DNA of 61,215 nucleotides, the filler included. It is 9 parts of 9 records of this genome, joined end to end, with 100 filler letters (N's around TTAATTAATTAA, not from the genome) between each part and the next. Parts side by side here need not be neighbours in the genome. Positions count along the whole stretch, not along the records: positions 45,242 to 55,383 come from SRR31147125_131685; positions 55,484 to 61,215 come from SRR31147125_131959; 7 more parts are not named here. One strand, written 5' to 3'. Within the stretch, counting starts at the first letter, position 1. Every line of letters begins with the position of its first letter. Below are positions 53,221 to 61,215 of this stretch, one piece after another. The translations under genes were made by a program, and so were the position numbers. The notes under the pieces were generated by a model that worked only from the letters and a program-made list of their open reading frames with translations, was not told the DNA's origin and did no database searches.

Positions 53221-54291
53221 TCAGGAATCACCCATCAATTCGGTAATATGTCCATATGGATTATCGGAATTTCGGTCGATGGTTTTCAGGTAATCCACCA
53301 TAACTACTATATCCTTGTTATGATAGGTAAACAGCCTCTTCAGCAGCTCATTGTGCTCGTAATAGACATCATACAGAGCTACAAAGGCATTGTTCAGTTC
53401 CAGTTCGGGAACTCGTTTGTATAAACCGGTTTCGTATCGATTATCGTACTGTTGCGCGAAATTTAGCTTGAATTGTGCAAATTGATGCTCTTTCTCTACC
53501 AGTTTATCCGCTTCCGGCAGGGATGATACGTATAAGGATTGCAACTCATCCCGCAACCCGGAAATATCCTCATACCATCGCTCACGGTCGCGTTTTTCGG
53601 CCATATAGGTGTTCAGTTCATCTGAATCCGTTCCGAAAATCGTTTCAAGAAACAGGATAGTACCGAATTCACCAATAAAGGAAGCAATCTCTTCATTAAA
53701 CTGGGAATTGTTTTTCAGCCATATCGCGGCATGCACCTGCTCATGTATCAGCATTTCGGCAATGCGGTGAATCGGGTAATTCACCATAAACGAGTAGAGG
53801 GGGTCTGACGTATAGCCGAGCGTGCTGAAAGCTGAGACTTTTCGAACCCAGGTATCGTATCCTCTCTCTTTCAGCTTTTCAGATTCCCGAAGCGCTCCTT
53901 CGGGATTGTAGAAACCTTTATAAGGCAGCTTACCCATAAACGGATATTTCCAGAGGTAGGGATCGATGGACAGCGCTCCGGCTGCCGATACCACATCCGC
54001 AAGATAGTTCTTGTCTACAGTCACAAACGTTGTATAATTACTGCTTTGTTTAAGATGCAGCACCGATTCAGAGAAGTCATTAATTTGCTTCACCCTGCTA
54101 AAAAAGAGCAGTACATCCTCAGATACATCATCCTTTCTGCGATCCATGATTTTCTCTATGGATTCGGCCCGAAGCCGTTCGCTAAGCAGGTAGGAGCCCT
54201 GCGTCAGCAGATAGCATCCGGACTGCAGTGTGCCAATCAGGAACAGACAGGGCACACAGAGGATAGATAGTACTGTACGCTTTTTCGGCAT
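53221..54291 (-). CDS. Predicted zinc aminopeptidase (DUF2265-like), lipoprotein-type N-terminus
   Basis: SGCYLLTQG, PYKGFY, AFSTLGY..DP, LIHEQVH (HExxH), FNE. Confidence 0.82.
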   Translation of the reverse strand: MPKKRTVLSILCVPCLFLIGTLQSGCYLLTQGSYLLSERLRAESIEKIMDRRKDDVSEDVLLFFSRVKQINDFSESVLHLKQSSNYTTFVTVDKNYLADVVSAAGALSIDPYLWKYPFMGKLPYKGFYNPEGALRESEKLKERGYDTWVRKVSAFSTLGYTSDPLYSFMVNYPIHRIAEMLIHEQVHAAIWLKNNSQFNEEIASFIGEFGTILFLETIFGTDSDELNTYMAEKRDRERWYEDISGLRDELQSLYVSSLPEADKLVEKEHQFAQFKLNFAQQYDNRYETGLYKRVPELELNNAFVALYDVYYEHNELLKRLFTYHNKDIVVMVDYLKTIDRNSDNPYGHITELMGDS

Positions 54292-54539
54292 AATTCCGAC
54301 TCCCGAATAGTAACTAGTAAAAAACTGCAATTTCTATTACCGTGCTAGGCCGTCTGAAAATTCAACTACACCAGATATTGTGCAGATGCATAACCGTTCA
54401 CACTAGCAAAAACCATTTTATCAGGTTTAACACTAAAATGTAACTTTTAAGTGGTTGGAAAGTATTATATTAACGAAGCCTGCGAAAAAATGGCTCGGAA
54501 AATTGGGTAGATTATAAAAATGAGTGAGTGTGAAAAGTA

Positions 54540-55145
54540 ATGAAAAAAAGAGTAGTAATTTTAGCAATTGCAGTTTTGCTGGTTGTCCCGGCATCTCTGT
54601 TTTCCGTTGATCTGATTGGACTTCGTGTTGGACCCACCGCTATGCTGAATGCCCCGATCAACCCGGAACAGTTTCCAACGGATTTATTGATTAATATTGA
54701 AAACTACAGTTTTGGCGTAGATGCGCGTTTTAATCTGACAGTGCTGGAAGTTAACGCACTGGCACTGATCGAACCGCAGGTAGATGAGTTTGGCACAACC
54801 GGAGTACTGGTTACCATGAATGCCGGAGCTGGTGTATCGATCCCGTTGGCCGATATCGTTCAACTAGGTGTGTTTGCAGGACCGGAACTCAACTTTGCAA
54901 TCACTGAATCAGGTTTTATCCCCGGTGAAGATTTCCCGGTTCAGGCAGAAGACCTGTTTGCGTCTAATCTGTTCCTGAGACTTACTGCAGATGCTTTACT
55001 TGGTGATCTTTCCATCGGCGGCACCTACATTATCAATACCAATACCAACCTGAACGATATTCTTAACGGTACGTTTGATACAAGTTCAGTTCTGGATAAT
55101 TTGAACGGGAGAGTCGGTATTTCCGTACTCTTCTCATTGTTCTAG
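54540..55145 (+). CDS. Exported small beta-barrel outer-membrane-like protein
   Basis: Signal peptide, amphipathic beta strands, C-terminal VLFSLF. Confidence 0.7.
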   Translation: MKKRVVILAIAVLLVVPASLFSVDLIGLRVGPTAMLNAPINPEQFPTDLLINIENYSFGVDARFNLTVLEVNALALIEPQVDEFGTTGVLVTMNAGAGVSIPLADIVQLGVFAGPELNFAITESGFIPGEDFPVQAEDLFASNLFLRLTADALLGDLSIGGTYIINTNTNLNDILNGTFDTSSVLDNLNGRVGISVLFSLF

Positions 55146-55290
55146 TTTGTTTATGGGTAAGTCTGCCTGTTTACTCAGGATGATATATAAGAACAGTTTT
55201 TGCTTTTAATTTTGTGTGAAGTGAGTATATAATAGACAACAATTGGGTCTTTTATATATAGAGTAAAATATTTTATTGGGGGATAAGAGT

Positions 55291-55383
55291 ATGAAGAAGA
55301 AAGTATTGATTATTGCTGTAATCATTATGATGGTAGTCCCGGCTGCTATGTTTGCCGGAAGTTTTCTCGGACTGAAAGTTGGT
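55291..55383 (+). CDS. Paralogue of the preceding protein, 3' truncated
   Basis: MKKKVLIIAVIIMMVVPAAMFAGSFLGLKVG resembles MKKRVVILAIAVLLVVPASLFSVDLIGLRVG. Confidence 0.7.
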
Positions 55384-55483
55384 NNNNNNNNNNNNNNNNN
55401 NNNNNNNNNNNNNNNNNNNNNNNNNNNTTAATTAATTAANNNNNNNNNNNNNNNNNNNNNNNNNNNNNNNNNNNNNNNNNNNN
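55384..55483. other. Artificial contig spacer
   Basis: N44-TTAATTAATTAA-N44. Confidence 0.99.
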
Positions 55484-56122
55484 CTTTCCGGAAGAATGGT
55501 TGCTGATATAGCGCACCGGGTCAACAGCCTCCCGGGTGGGGCCGGCGGAAATGAGAATTCGTTTATCTTTTAAATCTTTTGGGGTCAGCATTGCCCCAAG
55601 CCGGTCCAGGATAAACCAGGGATCGGGAAGCCGCCCCGCCCCCACGGTCTTGCAGGCCAGGGTCCCCTCATCCGGGTCCAGGATATGAATCCCGTTTTTT
55701 TCCAGGATATCCAGATTCTTCTGGACCATCCTGTTCTCGTACATATTGGTGTTCATGGAGGGGCAGACCATCACAGGACAGGTCAGGGCCAGCATGGTTG
55801 TGGTCAGGGCATCGTCCCCTGGGCCATGGGCCAGTTTGCCGATGCAATTGGCCGTGGCCGGAGCCACCACGCAGGCATCACAGGTGGAGGCCACATCAAT
55901 ATGGGTCACGGAAGAGTGGGTGTCGGCCCATAAATTTGAGAGCACCGGTTCCTCGGACAATACCTCAAAGGTGGGTTTACCCACAAAATGCATGGCCGCA
56001 TCTGTCATGGCCACGGTTACCCTTGCCCCGGCCTTTTTCATGAGACGCAGCAGTTCAACGGACTTGTAGGCGGCAATGCCGCCGGTCACCCCAAGAAGAA
56101 TATGTTTGCCGGAAAGTGTCAT
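55484..56122 (-). CDS. coaBC: Phosphopantothenoylcysteine decarboxylase/ligase, 3' truncated
   Basis: GVTGGIAAYK, APATAN, PSMN, LAC...G.GRL, GPTRE.VDPVRYISNHSSGK. Confidence 0.96.
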
Positions 56123-56626
56123 CAATATGAAATGCTGCCCGACTTTTCCATGGTCTGGCCGCTGAGGGAGGGGGCCACCCCGATTTCCACATAGGTAAAC
56201 AAAGACTCGTCCCGGATGGTGATGACCGCGCACCTGGAGGTCTTTTTAAATACCATGATGGTGGTTCCCGGTGATTTGATCTTGCTTAACACCTCCCAAT
56301 TGTCCTTTTCCATGTTATTGGAAAAAAGTTGAACAGGGAATGGGAATCCACCCGCCCCTTGAGGGTCAATATCCCAGACTTAAACCCGGGGGTGGAGACA
56401 ATAACGGTTCTGTCCTTGACCACATCCAGCTCCATGGGGACGATGACATCCTCGAAATCCAGATACATGGCCGTGGCCTTTTGGGGCTTTTCAGTGGCTG
56501 TTTTTTCAACCGGTGCCGGTTGGGACTGGGTGTTGAAATCTGAAAACGAACACCCGGAGACAAAGACAAGTGCGGTTAAAACAGCAGATAAAACAACAAC
56601 AGGGGGTAACACTTTTTTAGGGTCAT
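56122..56626 (-). CDS. Conserved lipoprotein (two homopolymer frameshifts)
   Basis: GGAGG RBS before ATG 56626, lipobox VSGC, DFEDVIVP..L, MEKDNW; the stop overlaps the coaBC start (TGATG). Confidence 0.75.
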
Positions 56627-56754
56627 TTTTCCTCCAGAATCTTAGACCTTGCTATAATGTCCCTTTTACTAAAACGAATCAGCCCAAAAGTCAATTGAGT
56701 CCTGGCGGGACCCAGCAAGGGCCATTGGATTCATAGGGAGGGGTAACACCGGTA

Positions 56755-56783
56755 AAAAATGACAGGGCGGCGATTTGCCGCCC
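56755..56783 (-). terminator. Intrinsic terminator after pilY1
   Basis: GGGCGGC-N5-GCCGCCC stem with a T-run on the minus strand. Confidence 0.6.
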
Positions 56784-56813
56784 CGCCATCAATCATGGTT
56801 GGCTCAAACGTCT

Positions 56814-59800
56814 TTAAAGCTGCCGCCAATAAAGGATTTGACCCAGGATGGATCCGGGAGGAAATATGGGCAGGCCGCCCTGTTCAGCAGGAACGCCTAT
56901 GCTCCAATCTGTGTAGCCGCTGTCCGTAAAATCTCCCTCGTCATACTGCTGAATATCGCCTCCGGACAACTGAACCAGATATTTAAAAACAAAGTCGGCC
57001 ACCTTGTAATCCTCGGGGTCTTCATCAGCACCATCACAAAGCGTCTCCCCTATTGCCTGTCCTGTAGCACAATTTACAACCCAGGTTCTTGACTGGCCCC
57101 CTGATTCACATACGATATCCGTGGGTTGGGCCGTATCAAAAAAGACCACATTGTAATCTGTGGTTGTCGGGTCGGAGTAACATCTCTCCCTAAGATAGCT
57201 TCCTGAGGCAGCGTCCAATTCAATTTTCCAGGCCGCCTGCTGGGGATTGGTATCGATTTTATTAAGGGTGTCACAGGAGATATCGCTGCTGTTTGATGCG
57301 CTGTTGATGCCCGAGCCCCCTGTGATGCGGTTATTATCCTCGTCATAAATAAACGGAACCCCGTAAAGATGATTGACGTCATTGGTCCCGGACTGGGTTT
57401 GATCGTCAGCGGTGAAGTAGCGGCCTGTGCCAAAGTACAGATAAGGATAATCAATTTGATCCGGAAAACACTCCATGGTTCTCACCGGTGCGGTAATGGG
57501 ATTGGCGGCAAAGGTTAAAAACGAGGTGTCATAATCCCAGTTCAGGGGATCATATGAGCCGGTATAAATTTTAATTATTCCGCCTTTCATCTTATCATAG
57601 TCCCCGGATGCCGTATCTGTATATGCAAGAAAGACAAAGTCTGTCTGGCCATCATCGTTGACATCAAGTCCGTCGGTGAACAACCGCCCGCCAAAGGCGT
57701 TGTTGATATTCATTTCCTTGGTGAGGTCACCATGGACATTGAGTTCGGTTCCCGTCAAAAGATCCACAGTATAAATCTGCAGATCCTGGGTGGATTTTCC
57801 ATCATAGGTGGTTGGGCCTGAGGCAAAAAGAACAAAATATTCCCAGTCACCGCTGTCGTTCTTGCGCTTGATATAGGCAGGACCGGAATAGGTAAACCCC
57901 ATGTCCTCCGGTGCATATTTCCACAGGTACTCGGGGGCAAGAGGGTCGGTTATATCCAGAGCAAAATATGCTGACCGTCCTATGGGATCGGTATCTGAAG
58001 GCGGGTTGATGCTGCCGTTTCCACAGGCACCGCCCAGTCGCATACCTCCGATGAGAATAATCTTTGACCCGGCGCTGATAATATAGGGCTTAAGATCCAC
58101 GGTATAAAGATGGTCGTAATCCGGATCGGCAATATACCTCAGGTATGGCATGGCATCCTTGGGGACAAAGGCCCATTCTTCAACCCCTAACTTTGTTACG
58201 CCGCAGGTTGCAGCAGAACTGTCCTCGCAGAGTTTTGAAGGGTTATCTTCATCGGTCTGGTTTTTAATATACCCCAGTCGAAAGGCATGCAGCATGCCGG
58301 AGTTGCTGCCAACATAGATCATGGAGTAATCGTCATACTCCACTATGGTCGGCGAGGAGTAGATGATATCCCCCAGTTTCCAGACATTTTCAACAGTGGT
58401 GGTGTCGGTGGCTCGTGATCGACAATCGGTAATATCTTCTCCCCTTGTGTACTTAATCAAATCATCGTATTGGGGGGTTCCTGATGACACCAGGCAGGTG
58501 GGATATTCCGACGCGGTGGTGCCAAAAAGATCGTCAAAGGAGGTCTCATTGGCCACGGTGAATTCAGTCAGGGTATCGTCCTCGGCAACTCCGTAGATGG
58601 TTCTGTCATCGGGTTCTCTTTCTTTGAGCAACTCCCCGCAGTCAAAAAGGTTGGCCACATCCTCAATGGCATCATAGGTTTGATCAACTGTGGTGTCCGC
58701 CTTTTCCCCATATTCGTCGGAATCATAGGCATCAATGCGTAAATCATCGTTTTCAATCAGGTATTCCAATATTCTGTCAGACAGAATATTGAGCTCAAAA
58801 TTGCTGTTGGTATCTTCACGAATATTCTGAACCAATTGCTCATTTCCACTGGCATCTTCTATATAGGCGTTGAGAAACCAATTGGCAAAGACATTACCGG
58901 TCCACAACACCTTTTGATTGTTGTCAAACTCCTTGTCCGGATAAAAGGCGGCCTGGGCGATCACCGCACCGGAGAGACCCTGGACGTCAGGGCTGTCACA
59001 GCCGTGCCCGAAGAGGTCCCCTGCCGGACCTCCTCAAAGATATCGGTCAGGGCATCAGCCATGGCCTGACCGTCACTGGCATAATAAAAAGAGTCAGGCA
59101 CCCCATCCCTGTCTTCGGAATCCCACTCCTCGCAGCAGTCATTATATGTGCCGCTGGGGTTGCAATTGGTCCTGGGATAAGAATAGTCATAACTGTCGTC
59201 TGGATTGGATGAAGAAAGCGAGTCAAAGCTGTAGGGCCTGCTGGCATCGCATCCGGTGAATTCTTCGTAATCCCCGTATGCAGCAATGGTTTTCATGGAC
59301 TCTTCACCATCGGTATCATCGGAAAAGGCAAACAGGGAGTATACACTGGCATACTGGGTACCGGATAAATCCGTGGAGGTGCGCAGATCCTGGGTCCTTA
59401 GATTATAGGCCGGGTACTGAGGGTCCAATGATCCGTTCCACAACCCGTCGGAGATCAAAACCACAAAACTTTTCCTGCACCAGGCCGCCTCCAGATCCCC
59501 GTCGTTGTTGAGTTCATAATAGGGGTCAATGACAGTGCCCTCATTGACATAACTGCTGTTATAGGATTTTATGCTGCTGGACTGGGTCAAATAATAGTAG
59601 GCTTCCCGAAGGGCTTCTCCGGTATGTGTTCCGGAATATGGGATGGCGCTTTCAACCGCTGAGATCAAATCGTCCTGGTCGCTTTCATGCAGCCCGTATT
59701 TGATCATTCCCTGTTCTGCCGTGCTGTTGGCTGTGTTTGCGTAGGCAATGAACCCAAACCTCACCTCATCAAAGTTGTTCTGGATGATACCCACGCGATC

Positions 59801-60510
59801 ATCGGCATCTACTTTCAATCGAGCATAGCGGTTGGAAAATGTCCCAATGGATGAAGTTGAGCCGCTGTGATTTTCAATTGTAATCAGGATATCTTTATCC
59901 GCATAATTACCCGTACTATAATTTTCAGGCCGGACATGGGCATCCAGTCCCAGATTGGTAATTTCAACCCACCGCCTGGCCCCCTGGGGTTCAAGGATGC
60001 AATAGTCTTCTGTGCTTGGACAGGTGGCTTTGCCGCCGATAAGACTTTTCATCACCGCATCCACCCGGGTGGTGACCAAAAAATTAAGAAAATTGCCCGA
60101 GAGACTATCCTTATCCCCGACCTGAGAACCGGAATAGGAGGTGCCTGTATCTTCCTCCCACCAATCCTGAGTGCTGTTGTAGGTATAATATTTATCCGAA
60201 TCAAAATATCCGTAATAGGTTGTGGTGCTTGTGTAGGTATCAGAGACTTCCCCTTTGTCACCGGCATCAGAGACCTTTGATCCATAATACCCGTCCCATT
60301 CAGTGCTATAATAGGCTGGATCCTGCATACTTCCTGAAAAATCCGTCACAAAAATAACATTGGCCTTGGCCTCGGAGCTGATAAAGGGGGAAGGGAGGAA
60401 TAGGTTTCTGAAGAGGCCAAACAAGACAAGGAGTGCCCCAGCACCATGACCCCGGCAAATAACAGGGATAATCCCAATAATTGAAGTCGCTTTTTATCTG
60501 GCATTGGCAT
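56814..60510 (-). CDS. pilY1: Type IV pilus tip adhesin PilY1/PilC-like with vWA domain (frameshifts near 60390 and 58965)
   Basis: Signal peptide; vWA motifs DFSGSM, GTHTGEAL, LISDG; beta-propeller motifs WKLGDIIYSSP, GMLHAF, EEWAFVP, YFGTG; Ca-binding loop DVNDDGQTD. Confidence 0.88.
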
Positions 60511-60850
60511 CTGTCTCCTTTTGATGGATTCGAATGAGTATGAGATGCCCATCCTTGCTCAATACATAGACAAAGTCCTCAGGCCTGACGAACCAGGGCT
60601 CCCTGAACTGATTGATAATATCAAGGCTGTCAAAGGCAGTGGATTCATGGCGGTAAAACTCAAGGACCTCATCTGTTTTTCCCAAGTACTGGATGGGGCC
60701 TAAAATTTCATACCCCTCACCGGCATAGGCGCTCAGGGTTCGGGTCAATGGTGTGGCCGGCTCATCGGATTCGCCAGAGGCGGCATACAGACTGCAGGGC
60801 ATCACCAGGCAAAGCAGAACAATTAAGTGAAATTTTGTCATTTGTGTCAT
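60494..60850 (-). CDS. Small exported hypothetical protein
   Basis: AAGGAG RBS and signal peptide; overlaps the pilY1 start. Confidence 0.65.
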   Translation of the reverse strand: MTQMTKFHLIVLLCLVMPCSLYAASGESDEPATPLTRTLSAYAGEGYEILGPIQYLGKTDEVLEFYRHESTAFDSLDIINQFREPWFVRPEDFVYVLSKDGHLILIRIHQKETDANAR

Positions 60851-60891
60851 AATCCATCTCCTTTGCTTTAATCACAGCCAAGGGCTTGCCT

Positions 60892-61215
60892 CTATTTTTT
60901 AAGCAGAAACAAAGCCAACTCCTCGGGCATGCCCACGTGAATCCGGCCCTGGGAATTGACGATATATGGTACCTTGTCAATGTCCAGGGCCTTTGTGAGC
61001 AATCTATTATAATCCAGGCCCTTGTCCTTTCCCTGGGAAGGCGTGGTTTTGCTGTACCGATTTTCAACAAGAGCCTTTAAAGCCCCTTGTGCATCCGTTT
61101 TGGACTGATGCGCCAATTGCAATGCTTTTTCCATACTTGATTGCCCCAGTATCGGAATGACAACAATATGGATATGAAATTGGTTTTGAATCTGTTTGGA
61201 GGCCTGAATCTTTTT
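60892..61215 (-). CDS. C-terminal part of a probable DsbC/DsbG-like thioredoxin-fold protein, 5' truncated
   Basis: Frame open to the window end; HIVVIPILGQSS..KA and YNRLLTKALDIDKVPYIVNSQGRIHVGMP resemble the DsbG C-terminus. The CxxC motif is not visible. Confidence 0.5.
   Translation of the reverse strand, partial: KKIQASKQIQNQFHIHIVVIPILGQSSMEKALQLAHQSKTDAQGALKALVENRYSKTTPSQGKDKGLDYNRLLTKALDIDKVPYIVNSQGRIHVGMPEELALFLLKK

Noticed and set aside
7773-55483. Recurrent TTAATTAATTAA flanked by N runs
   Set aside because: The same 100-nt construct occurs eight times. It is an artificial contig linker, so no synteny was inferred across it.
4317-60400. Many split genes (hemW, EI24-like, NicO, GT4, GT2, mntA, glmM, mutY, rlmD-like, lipoprotein, pilY1) as pseudogenes, programmed frameshifts or phase variation
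   Set aside because: Breaks fall mostly in homopolymer runs, hit essential genes such as glmM, and occur in several different organisms including the eukaryote. Sequencing indel error is the simplest explanation.
1-61215. CRISPR array, rRNA, transposase, integrase or riboswitch
   Set aside because: No regularly spaced repeats or recognisable motifs were seen by eye. A covariance-model scan would be needed to exclude small RNAs.

Overview
The window is not one locus. It is nine unrelated contigs joined by artificial 100-nt spacers (44 N + TTAATTAATTAA + 44 N) at 7773, 13019, 18120, 23233, 30501, 38944, 45142 and 55384. Six contigs look like Desulfobacterota sulfate reducers (tRNA-Lys/rdgC/gatB/radC/hemW/radA; a sigma54 porin region; a CDF-SPFH metal locus; a glycosyltransferase island with glmM/cdaR; mutY/rhodanese/LysR/ALDH; coaBC/pilY1). 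One looks like a spirochaete (argJ/argC/pepF/ATP-grasp/DUF819/rlmD). Two (7873-13018, 18220-23232) are intron-dense eukaryotic DNA, one encoding the N-terminal part of dynein-2 heavy chain, so the eukaryote is probably flagellated. Taxon calls are inferred from gene content and style, not from searches. Many genes carry single-base frameshifts in homopolymer runs, most likely sequencing errors. The top observations are (1) an apparent operon in which a cation-diffusion-facilitator membrane domain is fused to an HflK-type SPFH domain, followed by HflC, a second HflK and a NicO/RcnA-type Ni/Co transporter, and (2) a 62-nt AT-AC intron with a U12-type branch site in the protist dynein gene.
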